A stretch of DNA of 64,000 nt from Eukaryota sp. TZLM1-RC. Lineage: Eukaryota > Protista > Metamonada: BaSk clade. The stretch is from the NCBI GenBank assembly GCA_040285825.1, contig JAUPSS010000001.1, positions 310,001 to 374,000 of the forward strand, in the 5' to 3' direction. Position 1 is the first letter of the stretch. The number at the start of each line of letters is the position of its first letter. The notes beneath the pieces are model-generated. The model was not told the DNA's origin. It made no database searches and worked only from the letters and a program-made list of their open reading frames with translations. Positions 47,575 to 60,927 of this stretch are shown here, piece after piece. The position numbers and the translations under genes were made by a program.

Positions 47575-50146
47575 ATTTATTGAACTTGCACACTTAACAA
47601 AATAAACTCATAACTAATGGGACTAAGTTCATTGAACCAAGATTTCCTCTACAAAATCTTGATCTACTTGCAGTCTAGCTAAAGCTAATTCGATTAGAAA
47701 ACCGAGGCGACCTATTAATAAAGGCAAATTGGATTTGAGAGTGCCATAAAAATTAGGGTTAATTTCATAAATATCACTTCTCAGACAAACAATTTCATAA
47801 ATATCATTTTTACAAAGTGAAGTTCACTCCCATCGCTACACTGAAATGAACAACCCCATTGTCCTTAGAGTCGATGATGACTTTCAATCTATGAAAGTTC
47901 TACGACAGACCATACAATTGTTTGAATCACAAACAAGAAAAGAACAAAACTCTTACGCCGAAGAAGTGACAAGCACAATATTACGCTTTGTTGTCGGCAA
48001 GTGGGTTGCAACTTCGCGCTGCGTTCAACTTCAAATATGGCAGTATTACAAAGCTCAAAGCATTTAGAACCAGGAATATTTGTAGAACAATGCGATGAAT
48101 GGTATCATGAGTATTTCACTCAAGGCCTACAACTTTCTGCAAGCGGTTGGTGTGGAGAATTGGAGCAGTTATATGTTCAAAGGACAGACCTACGGACATG
48201 TGACCAGTAATGTCGCAGAGTCTCTCAATAGTTGGATTAAGTCACTGAGAGGACTACCAATTGTTGTCATGTTGGAAGTTTATAGAAGGAAATTAATGGA
48301 TTGGTTTATTGCAAGACATGAACAGTCCCAAGTCTATCTAAGAAAGAACATGTTGATTGTACCAGCAATTCGAGAGAAAATATTGCTGAACCACGCATAA
48401 ATCAGATCGTTACCCGGTAAAACTAGCTAAACAAGATGGAACTGTTATTAAAGCTGAAGTAGGTTCTGCTGCAAACACTTACGTTGTTAAGTTGAGTGAA
48501 AGAAAATGTGATTGTGGTTTATGGCAAAGAGAAGGATACCCATGTAGTCATGCTTTAGCAGCATTCTCTGAAATTGGAACAGCTTCCATTGAAGGTATTG
48601 ACCCAGTGTTCTTGACACAAACATATTCAAGGGTATATCAGAAGAGTTTAATGCCCATTCCCGACAAAAAAAGATGGACTGGAGACGAAACTCTTATGAA
48701 GCCATTACCTCCTCTCTTGAAGGCTAAGGTAGGACGTCCAAGAAGGAAAAGAATTCAATCAAAGCCGAAAAAACGCTCCATCATGACTAAGTATGTATCT
48801 GCTGACAAACAAAGAAAAAGTTGCTATTCCGAAGACGACAACTGGTTGATTGGACGTGTAAATTCTCCTCAATCACAAGAAGAAGTCAATGTTGAAGATT
48901 CTCAAGATGAAGAATGGGTTATGAGTGATGTATTTGTTACTTCAGATAGTGATGTTGAAGAGGATAGTGATTCACCAGCAGATGGATTTGATATCCAGTA
49001 GATGACCATTTGAAAATAGAATAAAACTGATATTTATGAAACTAAGACACAAGAAAGTGACATTTGTGAAACTTGTGTGTTGGAAAAGTGACATTTGTGA
49101 AATTGCCCCTAAAAATTATCAAATTTTTTCATTGTTTTTTCTTAAACCATTTTTTGGAATTCATTCAAAAAAGTTTCTGCTTCTACTAATAGTGTTCCGT
49201 TGTTGGAAAATGGTAAAGCAATAAAACAAATGGTGTATTTCTTTCAGCATTAGCTTCTTTAATATCTTTGCCATATTTTCTATGTTTTTCTTTGGCTTTG
49301 AATTTAAGAGCATCTACATGATTATGTTTTCTTCATTGAACCAAAGTGTCATTTGCAACACGACAGGAGACAAAGTCAACAACAGCGTCAGAGTTCTCAA
49401 TCCAATCACAGTATACATCACCTCTCTCATCAGAATTAAAATTATTCAATGACAGTGTTTCTTTCAGCAGAGGCTCTTTGATACACGAAATTCTTGCAGT
49501 TCGAGCCATAATAAAAACAGTGTCTCTAACAGCATCATGTAATGAAGAACGATAGATTATCAATTTCGAACAATTAAGAGCATGACGCAAAATGAGCTGT
49601 GGTGAATTTGAACAAATACATTTTTCTTTTAATAATAACTGATTAATGGGAATATTCAAATATAATCTCATTTTTGTTACAAACGCATCATAATTAGCAC
49701 ACAGTCCAAATCTTCGTGGCATAATGGTCACAAACAGTGAAGAATCTGATGACTGATTTTCACAAGCACCTTTTTCCAATAACAATGATTGGAGATCTTC
49801 ATTTAAAACAGCCGAGCTGCATATACTTTTATGAAGATCATTTTCATACATTGTAGTCAGGCGTTTCTGTGATGTTCCAAGACAGTGTTCTAAATTTAAA
49901 AAATTCTTTTCGCGAATATTGCCATTCAATGATTGGGGAAAGCATCGACTCCATTTTTCTACATCGATTTTTGTAAATTCTTCATTTTAGGCAAAAAAAG
50001 TGGAACTTTGTGTTGTCATTAATAAATAATCCCTATCAGCAAATCCTTTAGAAAACTCAAAAAGTGCATTTCTGCATTACACCGATAAGAGCACACGAGG
50101 TAAGAATTGAGACCTTTGCCCAACCTACACCGCCATAGTGTAGACT
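47575..50146 (-). mobile_element. Diverged retrotransposon family A copy split by a Mutator insertion
   Basis: 47575-47755 and 49110-50146 are colinear with family A. Confidence 0.85.
47756..49109 (+). mobile_element. Mutator/MULE element, internally deleted
   Basis: TIRs GGGTTAATTTCATAAATATCACTT / AAGTGACATTTGTGAAATTGCCCC; 9-bp TSD TAAAAATTA at 47747-47755 and 49110-49118; TSNVAESLN, R.LPI, SWIM finger CDCGLWQREGYPCSH, GRPRRKR. Confidence 0.92.
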
Positions 50147-50839
50147 AAAACAAAAGAAATAAGCATACAAATATAATTGATCATTAAGCATGATCTATTC
50201 ATCCACACCGATTGTAAAATTCTCAACAGTTGAACTCAGCTACACTTTGTATTACAAACATTGATGCCTAAAGCTTTTGCATATTGATTACACAAAAGTG
50301 CACAAGTTCAATATTGTTGTTGAAAAAGTTGAAGATATTGGACCAGCAATGTTATGATGCTTGTCAAACAGTTGTTCAAATTATCAATTTTTTGAATAAT
50401 AAAAAAGTCTTAAATGGACATAACACAATTCAATTTTAACTATTTTAATTAAGATTCTACTTGGTACTGTAGTAGTTCATTTTGAACTGCTGTTGCCTAT
50501 TATTTCGCAAGGTTTTGAAAATTGGGAGCTTCAGCTTCGTCTAACATAATTGTTTGTGATATGTCATCAAGCTGTATCAGACAATTATTGTATACTGAGC
50601 TTACCGTATTTATTGATCAGATGAATTCTGCTGTATATCGCATAGGAAAATTAAGCACCAGTTATTTAAAACGATTTTCACAAGATGTTTGGGAATTAGT
50701 CATCAGAATTTGCAATGAGTAATTCCTTATTGTAAAAAAGAAGAAATGATGAATTACAACATTTAAAATGAATCAATTCGGCAAATATTATTTACATTAT
50801 TTTCCGTGACTATATCAATTGGCCACTGTATTGGGGGGC

Positions 50840-51416
50840 CATTGTTGAACCAGTCAGTTGCCTACTTGATGTTGGCATTGTGCGTTGTTCCAAAGCATTG
50901 AAAATACTTTGCAATAATCCTCGTCATGAGACTCTTCTCGCTAGTTTGTTTGCTTTTTCAGACAATAACTCATCGACTTGTTCCACACCCTCTTGTTCTA
51001 ATAAATTTTTTTGACAGCTTCAAAACGTGTTTCAAACATCTGAATCATTTTTTCAATAACCGTTTTCGGAGAGAATTTGGAACGACGTGTTGAGCTCGTT
51101 GTTCCTGCCTGCATCAAGTGAAGGAGCCACTGCAGCTACAGTGACGAGAGGTTTAGTAGAAGTTTGTTCTTGAGAGTTGGACGCTTCATTCATGTTGGAG
51201 TTTACATGATTGAATGATGCTTGTGATCTAGCGAAAGCAGCAAGAATCGGAGAGGGGGAATGAATGCTGAGCCTGTTCGTTTTTGGCCAGGTATCAATAA
51301 AAAGAAGACAAAATTCATTTTGGCAATTTCCAACAACACAATATCAAAATTAGTCTCAGTGAGACTAATTTGTGGTAAGACTAACTTCGTAGTGAGACTA
51401 ATTGTGATGAACGGTG
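50840..51416 (-). mobile_element. Truncated 5' end of the pogo-like element at 57315
   Basis: Same TIR and first ~575 bp, inverted. Confidence 0.85.
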
Positions 51417-52641
51417 TAGTTGTTTGCACAACCCCTGTTTGATATATGGATTTGCTTTAAGAATGCGATCGTTTGGATTACCGATTTAAATTTGAGTTAA
51501 TTGGAGAAATACTCTGCTTTGGAAAACTTATTAGAAAATCAATAGAGATTTGGTAGGTATAATGTATGCGAAACGTGTCCATAAAGGGTTTATTTGATGT
51601 TTGTGATGGGTTTAGTGATGTACTAATGAAAGTACCAAGTCATTGTAACCATCATGTAACTAAAAACACAGACATGGTGACATCATCAAATAGAACAGGA
51701 TGGATAAGTTACCATAAAAGAATTGGGTACAAAGTATCAAATTTTTCAGAGGTGGATAGATGTGTTCCACTTTTCAAAAACTAGGTAGACATGTCCCAGA
51801 CCCTAAAAATTTTTGTTTATTCAATTTCAATGCAAAGATTTTTTTATCGAACTCGGTGAGTGCGTCAATTATGTTTTAAATCAAAATAAACTTTATTTAA
51901 CATCTTGGTATTCATCAATGCCTCTTTGAATACATCAATTATGCAAGATAAAAAAGTACAATGTAAGTCGCTTCAGGCTATTTTTAGTAAAGGACAGGAA
52001 GGAGAGCACCATTTGCCGATTTTCAGTGTTCAAAATAAATGATTTCTTGCAATTTTGTGATTAGTTAAATTTGTATTTGTCTTTATGTTAATGATTAAAT
52101 AAGTTGTTTTACTTGAAACTCTATATTGATTTATGAAACAAGTTTGTTGACAAATAATCTTAATGGAAAAATTCATCGCACTCAAGCGTGTTCGTTCAAC
52201 TGGTCGAACTCTGTGCGCACTCGCACTTTATTTTTTAATTTAATTTGAATTCTCAAAATTCGTCATCAATTCCACCCATTGTAGCTCAAAATGATGAGTT
52301 GTAGTTCGGTGCCATAGTGTGTACCGCGAAATTGTTGCGTTTACTATCAATCCACTATTTGTCATACTATCGATCATTTGAGTGACCTTAAAGAAAAGAA
52401 AATTAAATATTATTATTCATTTAGTATATGATTTATTTCAATAAGAGCTATACGACAAAGTTAAAATTCTATATCTATTTCTATAATCATTTAGTTGCTG
52501 AATTTGTGTAAGCACTTTCAATCATTGGTACAATAAAACAATAACACTTTCTTTATCAAATCCTACCCCATTGTAAATTTTCTACCCAATTTTATTTGTT
52601 CCCACTGTTTTTCTACCCAATTTTTCCTAGAACACAGTATT

Positions 52642-52714
52642 GGGGGTGTAGCTCAATTGGTAGAGCGTGCGCTTTGCATGCGCAAGGTACGGGGATCGAA
52701 ACCCTGCATCTCCA
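52642..52714 (+). tRNA. tRNA-Ala(UGC)
   Basis: GGGGGTGTAGCTCAATTGGTAGAGC-GTGCGCT-TTGCAT-GCGCA...CATCTCCA; G3:U70 alanine determinant; followed by TTTT. Confidence 0.95.
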
Positions 52715-53099
52715 ATTTTCCGGAATTGTTAACTTCATTTTTGATTTCAATTGGATTCATTTCACCATTATTTTCCTTAACAAAGTCCTGAATTAAAACA
52801 GTTGATGGAGCATCTTCTGTGTCACTGTCTGGCATCTCCACATTTTTCCTGTGAGTAAAACTAAGACCAATAGAAATGCCAATTTGTTTGTATTGCTTTC
52901 TCAATTTCTATAAGCAGAAAACTATCAGTAGAAGCATGAATTTTTGGTATCCAAGTGGTGGTCCAAAGAAACAATGAAGAGATTTGATATCCTTTTATGG
53001 AGCTTTCACATTCAATTCGCTGTAATTAATTAATAAATTACCTCGGTTTTCATCAATTGAGAGAAGCGTCAATGAGTAAACACGCAGATCAGAACTTGT

Positions 53100-54262
53100 T
53101 TTGGCAACTAAAATTTATTTTCCAACGAAAACAGAACAACTAAACAAAAACTAGAACTCAATTTCCTCAATACACGCATCAACTTCATCAAATTTCTTCA
53201 GTGCGCAATTTTCATATTCTATTCCTAAACATCATAAACAACAAGCATCATAAACAACTGAGCGATATTTAGTATTAAATTTGCAATTAAATAAATGATT
53301 CAAAGTAATAAGTTGACCACAACGACAAATCAAATCGTTTGGCACACTGCATGGTCACAGAAAAAAATTCATTCTTAGGGCAGTTGTCCATTGATGGTCA
53401 TTTAACAATAGACCAAAAACAATGAGAATTTGGGAAATGAAACAACTTGAGCTACTTTTTTTAAGATCAATTAAAAAGTTGGTATAAACGGGATGCTTTT
53501 CAAAGTTTTAAAAGAGTTTTAATATCTTTCTCTTCAGTTTGGATTATGCAAATCTTAACGAAACCAAACTTCGGATTACAATTTGTTGGATATCGGCAGG
53601 AAAACAGTTGCACCAGATGTGAGGAGAGAGGCATTCAATTTCATTCTGCAAAGACACTTAAAAATCACTAACACAAAGTTTTATTAAATGTTGGTCTTCA
53701 GGAAAAGGTTTCAAAAATTCAAAAATGAAATTTTTGGCCTCCACCATTAAATGCAGCTTTACACAAATATTTAGATTTGTGAAAAGCTAGACCACCCAAT
53801 TCGGTGCTACAAAAAAATATGATTACACTAAAATACAGAATCAATGTCAAGTAAATTAGCCAAAAATTGTTCTTAATTCGTTAAAAATTCTGCAAATTTA
53901 AGAGATAGTGCTGATGTGGTTGATCGCAGGATTTGAGTAAATTTCCTTCAATAATAAATTCTGGGAAAGAAGTATTTGAGATGTTTTCAAGAACTGAACC
54001 TGAAAGAACGTTAAGTTCATGCTCAAAATTTGCTAAAAGAGATAAAAGTTGATTTTGAATTTCAATTTATGAATTAATTTAATTAGGTGTGCATGTTTAA
54101 TATTTATTTAAATTTCATCAAAATTGCCAAAAAAACAACCTAAAAATCGAAAACCTGATTCATGATAGTTGATGAAAGGAACCATTTGATCTTCAATAAC
54201 AATTTCAGCAGGTTCCTTACGAATCAACAGACATTTGGAAATGTTTAAAGAAAGATCAATTT
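53100..54262 (-). mobile_element. Heavily decayed non-LTR retrotransposon remnant
   Basis: LSLNISKCLL..GFRFLGCFFG, GGL and CRCG remnants. Confidence 0.55.
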
Positions 54263-54275
54263 GATAATAGCGATT

Positions 54276-55512
54276 CAAATTCCAGATCATGCTTACCTTA
54301 GTCCACAATATGGTGGTTTAGGGTGGACGAAGGCTTCTATTCTTACCTCGTGTGCTTTTGTTGGTGGATGCAGAAATGCAATCTTTGAGTTTTTCGAAAG
54401 ATTTGCAGATTGGGAAGATTTATTGATGATAACGCAAAAATCCACTTTTTTTGCATTAAATGAAGAAATTTCAAGAATTGATGTAGAAAAATGGGGTCGA
54501 TGTTTTCCCCAATCATTCAATGGCAATATTCCAGAAAAAAATGTTTTAAATTTGAAGTACACTCTTCGAACATTACAGAAAAGATTGACTGGAATGTATG
54601 AAAAAGATCTTTATAATAATATTTGCAGCTCGGCTGTTTTAAATCAAGATCTTCAGTCATTGTTATTGGAAAAGGGTGTTTGTGAAAACAAGGTGTCAGA
54701 TTCTCCACTTTTTGTAACCATTGTACCACGAAGATTTGGATTGTGTGCTCCTAATGAAGCATTTGTAACAAAAATGAGATTATATTTGAACATCCCCATT
54801 AACCAATTATTATCAAAAGAAAAATGTATTTGTTCGAATTCACCTCAACTCACTTTGCGCCATGCTCTAAATTGCTCTAAATTGATAACTTATCGTTCTT
54901 CATTACATGATGCTGTTAGAGACACTGTTTTCAATATGGCACAAACTGCAAGGATATCGTGTATCAAAGAGCCCCTGCTGAAAGAAACACTTTCTCTGAA
55001 TAATTTTGGTTCTGATGATAGAGGTGATGAATACTGTGATTGGATTGATAATTCTGAAGCTATTGTTGACTTTGTCTCATGTAATGTTGCAAACGATACT
55101 TTGGTTCACAGAAGAAAACTTAATCCTGTGGCTGCTCTGGATTTTAAAGCAAAAGAAAAACATAGAAAATATGATAAAGAAATTGAAGATGCAAATATCG
55201 ATAGAAATACACAGCTGGTTTTTATTGCTTTTCCATTTTCGATAAATGGAAGATTATCAGTTGAAGCAGAAACTTTTTTGGATGACTTCCAAAAAATGGT
55301 GAAAGAAAAAACAATGAAAAGATTTGATATTTTTTTATGGCGTTCACGGATTCAATTTGCCATTATTAATAGATTACCGCGGTTTTTCAATCGAATTAGA
55401 GAAGCTTTAGCTAGACAGCAAGCAAATCAAGATTTTGTAGAGGAAATCTTGGTTTAATGATAGTCGTCCCATTAGTTATGATTTAATTTAATCAAGTGTG
55501 CAAATTCAATAA
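54276..55512 (+). mobile_element. 5'-truncated retrotransposon family A copy with an intact C-terminal ORF
   Basis: ORF 54261-55457; TSD ATAATAGCGAT on both sides. Confidence 0.9.
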
Positions 55513-55899
55513 ATTAATGATTAATAATAGCGATGTTGAACAACTTTAGCAATTTTTCCCAACGAACCAATTAGACCAATTATTGAAATGTCATCCAGAT
55601 AGGCTGTAATTTCTATTGCTGGGTATTGTTGTTTTAATTCACACATTGAAGTATAAATAGCAAGGCAGAAGAAGAAAGTACCTAATGGATCACCTTGTTT
55701 AACACCAGATTATTGTATCAGAATATAGTTTTCATATACAAGTGTTGATTCCAAACCGTAAAAATTGTAAAAGAATCAGCTTCCAAAAAATGAATTAAAA
55801 GCAAGAACAAAATTGATTACCTCTTCACTGCATTGAAGGTGTTTTTAAAATCTAAATTAAAAATATAGTTCGAATTACTTAAATTAAAAAAAAATCAGA

Positions 55900-57892
55900 A
55901 GACAATGACACAGAAGAAGCTCCATCAACTGTTTTAATTCAGGACTTTGTTAAGGAAAATAATGGTGAAATGAATCCAATTGAAATCAAAATTGAAGTTA
56001 ACAATTTCGGAATAATGGAGATGCAGGGTTTCGATCCCCGTACCTTGCGCATGCAAAGCGCACCCTCTACCAATTGAGCTACACCCCCAATACTGTGTTC
56101 TAGGAAAAATTGGGTAGAAAAACAGTGGGAACAAATAAAATTGGGTAGAAAATTTACAATGGGGTAGGATTTGATAAAGAAAGTGTTATTGTTTTGTTGT
56201 CCCAATGATTGAAAGTGCTTACACAAATTCAGCAACTAAATGATTATAGAAATAGATATAGAATTTTAACTTTGTCGTATAGCTCTTATTGAAATAAATC
56301 ATATACTAAATGAATAATAATATTTAATTTTCTTTTCTTTAAGGTCACTCAAATGATCGATAGTATGACAAATAGTGGATTGATAGTAAACGCAACAATT
56401 TCGCGGTACACACTATGGCACCGAACTACAACTCATCATTTTGAGCTACAATGGGTGGAATTGATGACGAATTTTGAGAATTCAAATTAAATTAAAAAAA
56501 TAAAGTGCGAGTGCGCACAGAGTTCGACCAGTTGAACGAACACGCTTGAGTGCGATGAATTTTTCCATTAAGATTATTTGTCAACAAACTTGTTTCATAA
56601 ATCAATATAGAGTTTCAAGTAAAACAACTTATTTAATCATTAACATAAAGACAAATACAAATTTAACTAATCACAAAATTGCAAGAAATCATTTATTTTG
56701 AACACTGAAAATCGGCAAATGGTGCTCTCCTTCCTGTCCTTTACTAAAAATAGCCTGAAGCGACTTACATTGTACTTTTTTATCTTGCATAATTGATGTA
56801 TTCAAAGAGGCATTGATGAATACCAAGATGTTAAATAAAGTTTATTTTGATTTAAAACATAATTGACGCACTCACCGAGTTCGATAAAAAAATCTTTGCA
56901 TTGAAATTGAATAAACAAAAATTTTTAGGGTCTGGGACATGTCTACCTAGTTTTTGAAAAGTGGAACACATCTATCCACCTCTGAAAAATTTGATACTTT
57001 GTACCCAATTCTTTTATGGTAACTTATCCATCCTGTTCTATTTGATGATGTCACCATGTCTGTGTTTTTAGTTACATGATGGTTACAATGACTTGGTACT
57101 TTCATTAGTACATCACTAAACCCATCACAAACATCAAATAAACCCTTTATGGACACGTTTCGCATACATTATACCTACCAAATCTCTATTGATTTTCTAA
57201 TAAGTTTTCCAAAGCAGAGTATTTCTCCAATTAACTCAAATTTAAATCGGTAATCCAAACGATCGCATTCTTAAAGCAAATCCATATATCAAACAGGGGT
57301 TGTGCAAACAACTACACCGTTCATCACAATTAGTCTCACTACGAAGTTAGTCTTACCACAAATTAGTCTCACTGAGACTAATTTTGATATTGTGTTGTTG
57401 GAAATTGCCAAAATAAATTTTGTCTTCTTTTTATTGATACCTGGCCAAAAACGAACAGGCTCAGCATTCATTCCCCCTCTCCGATTCTTGCTGCTTTCGC
57501 TAGATCACAAGCATCATTCAATCATGTAAACTCCAACATGAATGAAACGTCCAACTCTCAAGGACAAACTTCTACTAAACCTCTCGTCACTGTAGCTGCA
57601 GTGGCTCCTTCACTTGATGCAGGCAGGAACAACGAGCTCAACACGTCGTTCCAAATTCTCTCCGAAAACGGTAATTGAAAAAATGATTCAGATGTTTGAA
57701 ACACGTTTTGAAGCTGTCAAAAAAATTTATTAGAACAAGAGGGTGTGGAACAAGTCGATGAGTTATTGTCTGCAAAAGCAAACAAACTAGCGAGAAGAGG
57801 TCTCATGACGAGGATTATTGCAAAGTATTTTCAATGCTTTGGAACAACGCACAATGCCAACATCAAGTAGGCAACTGATTGGTTCAACAATG
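55900..57892. repeat. Right arm of the ~2-kb inverted duplication
   Basis: Reverse complement of 50840-52830. Confidence 0.95.
56016..56088 (-). tRNA. tRNA-Ala(UGC), second copy, possibly a pseudogene
   Basis: Same as 52642 except GAGC->GAGG in the D-stem; the downstream T-run is broken (TTATT). Confidence 0.8.
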
Positions 57893-59391
57893 ACTCAAAC
57901 TATCTTAATAGTATTGCCAAGGTAGAACAGAGTTTGTCATTATCCACGTCTCAATTTGGAACAAAAAAGGTGGCTTTAACTAAGACATCGGTTGGGAGAG
58001 GAAGATCCAAAGCCGAGTGATTGGTCTGGCTTTACAACGAGCTGCTACAAGAATTTACAAGGCTCAAGAAAGCAGCTGTCAAAATTAATGCTCCGATGCT
58101 TCTTGATTTGGCCATCGAAATCTTACACAGACCCGACGCAAAGTATACATCTTCCTTTTTAGACCCAAAAACGGATCGAGACATAGAGACGAAACTGAAT
58201 AGAGTCTGGATTCAGCGATTTATGGAGGACAAAAAGATTGTTCTTAGATACCAAACCAGCAAATAGGATACCTCGCCAGAGAAAAAAGAAGCTATTGAAA
58301 AGGCTGTAGCATTTCACCTTGGTGGGCTGAAAAGGGCTTTTGAACTTGGTGATTTGAATGAGATGCTCATAGCGAACTTTGATGAAATCCATTTCGTTAT
58401 CAACATTGACAACGAAAAAACATTAGGCTTCAGTGGTGACACAGAAATACGGTATGCAAACGTCGTGTTGGGTGGACAGGCCTTCACAATGGTTGTGAAA
58501 CTTATTGGTGGAACCTTGGGTAAGGTTGACACACCATTTCTGATCTTTGTTGACCCCAGCAGTTCTTATCCTATTCGTGGAGTTACAAACAATATTGAAG
58601 GTGCTGCCTATCGTTCTTCACCTTCTGGTTTTATGAGCCGATTGGTTTTGAGCAGGTATCTTTCTGACATAAGTTTGTGGAAAAGGGACAGATATGGTAG
58701 AAAACGGAGTATATTGTGACAATGCACCAGGTCATCTTCCATTAAAAGATCCCAACATTGTCAGTCCATTTCATCTGGATTTAGAAAGACAAAATGCCGA
58801 GATTCGCTATTTTCCAGAAAATAGTACGCACTTGGTACAACCTTGTGACAGTTTCGTCATTCAAAAAATCAAGAAAACATGGACGAAATTCGGGAGAAAA
58901 ATAAATTACAAATGAAAAGGTCGAATGAGTGGAGTCCTACCTCATGGAAACTGCCTGATCCTGGGAATTGTTGTTGAGTCTTGCAGGACAGACAGCGAGA
59001 GAAGTGCACTCAATGACGGATTCCAATGGTATCAGCTTGGCTCGAAAAATCATGATAAGATGTGGATTAGCTTTTGACATCAATGGAAAATGGTATAAAC
59101 ATCATTTGTCTGTTGAGTTACAAAAAATTGTGAAGAAACAACGCGAAACATTTGCATCAGCTAGAGAATATGTTGTAGAAGAGGTTCATATGGATTAACT
59201 TTGGTGTAGTTTCAATAAAATGACTAATTGCGACTTCTATTTTGTGAGACTATTTCCGTACGAATTGAAATAGTCTCAGTGAGAATAATTTAATCATACC
59301 ATATTTAGCCTCACTGATACTAAAAATGATATGAGTGCATTCTAAAAGTCCTCGTATTTAGTCTCAATGAGACTAAATGTGATGTTTGGTG
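57315..59391 (+). mobile_element. pogo/Tc5-like DDE DNA transposon, full length but with stops and frameshifts
   Basis: TA-CACC..CATCACA.TTAGTCTCA TIRs at both ends; NFDEIHF, CDNAPGH, FPENSTHLVQPCDSFVIQKIK; subterminal TAGTCTCANTGAGACTA palindromes. Confidence 0.88.
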
Positions 59392-59553
59392 TAGAGATAT
59401 TGATGGTGAAACTTCTGCAATGAAAAACAAAGTCTCAAAAATTATTTCGCTTTTCATTAATGACCGGATCCCTCTTTTACTTCCCGGTAATTCCAAAAGG
59501 GAAAAATATTCAAAGTTTGATTTGCCTCAAAATCAAATTGCTATTTAAGAGCA

Positions 59554-60830
59554 ATGTTTCAGGTCAATAATTATTTAGAAGATGAGGAGATCAAACTTGT
59601 TCATGCTCTGCCTTTGAAGAATTCTTGTATTTCCCCCTATATCAGAATTGATAAAACAAGTTTATCGGACCTGTTCTTTGTCGAATTCAAGAACGTCCTT
59701 GGTCAAAAATCCTCCTATCAATACAATAATCAAGTTGCTGATTTGGTCTTATGGAATACCTTTCTGAAAAGGGATTAGATTACAAACAGTGAATTGTTCT
59801 CAGAAAGTTCCAAGTACATCATGTCTGGTATCGAGACTGATGGAATATCAGTATCATTGATTCAATCTAGAATTGACTTGAAAAAGTAACTGCAAAAGAA
59901 TTGAAAGATAAAGAAAAATATATTGATGATCCCAGCATCAATCCTTCTGAATTTCAAGATATGACCATTGCTGCTACTGACCAAGGAAATCTGATCTATT
60001 CTATTTTTCTGCTAATTTAGCAACTGGAATGACTTATTCAAAAAAGCCTGAGAGATAAATATGTTCATTTCAGGTACACTCAAAATCAACGAAGATTTGA
60101 GTCGAAAAGTTCCAAATTCAAAAGAATAGGAAACAGCATACGGAATGACACTCTTATCACATTAAGTAACTCTACTGGTAGAGTGACTGATCTATCCAAT
60201 TACGAATTATCAGAACAGCAACAACAAAGGATGGATTTAAACAGCAGTATAATTAATCAAATGACTGAAAGAACAATTAGTTTATTACAAGGTGAAGTAT
60301 CTCAAGAAAACAATTTTCCCTACGAAATTGATTACTCATTAAGCTTGAGAAACAATGATCAAAAAACTAAATCTGTAGCAGAATGAGAAGCCACTTTATC
60401 CCAAATCGATTCCAAAAGCAGCATATTTGCCACATTTAAGGAGTATATTAAACAAAGGAATTTACGTCAATAATAATTGAGAACAACGAAAACAGATGAA
60501 ATTTAAAGAACCTACCAAAGGACAAGGTTCGAGAATTTTGATCAAAAAGGCTGGTTATAAGGTCTTTTTAATTGATGAGTTTCGAATCAGTTGCTGTTGT
60601 TTCAATTGTAAGAAAGCGGAGAAGACAGTTGAAACATTCTAGTGGTGCTGAAATCCTAGGCCATGGAAGAGCCATGAGATGTCTATTCGTCACGGGCTTA
60701 CCATGTGTAAATCATGCGAAAGTATGTGGAATAGAGATCGAAATGCTTCGCTGAAAATGATGGCAGTGATGGAAGTACATGTAAAAGGTGGAGATAGACC
60801 GGTACAACTGCAAAGAACAAGGTTGAAGGT
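59554..60830 (+). pseudogene. Fanzor relic C (canonical Fanzor1-like), heavily decayed
   Basis: ALPLK..YIRID, IETDGISVSLI, EKYIDD, AATDQG, FRYTQNQRR, EPTKGQG..GYKVFLIDEFRIS.CC..C, HGL..CKSC..WNRDRNAS..RP..L.R. Confidence 0.85.
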
Positions 60831-60927
60831 TCAAAGAAAGTGGTATAATGGTGGAAACTCAAAACTCAGTCCCTCTACATTGGTGAAAGGACACTCATTT
60901 CATTGATATAGACATCATCAGTAACTA

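Larger units (their letters stand above)
50840..52830. repeat. Left arm of a ~2-kb near-identical inverted duplication
   Basis: Reverse complement of 55900-57892. Confidence 0.95.

Noticed and set aside
51202-52904. Short ORFs duplicated in the inverted repeat arms
   Set aside because: They overlap TIR, tRNA or non-coding DNA; their identity reflects the duplication, not coding constraint
57315-60830. Fanzor C as cargo of the pogo element
   Set aside because: The right TIR and TA TSD close the element at 59391-59393, before the Fanzor begins
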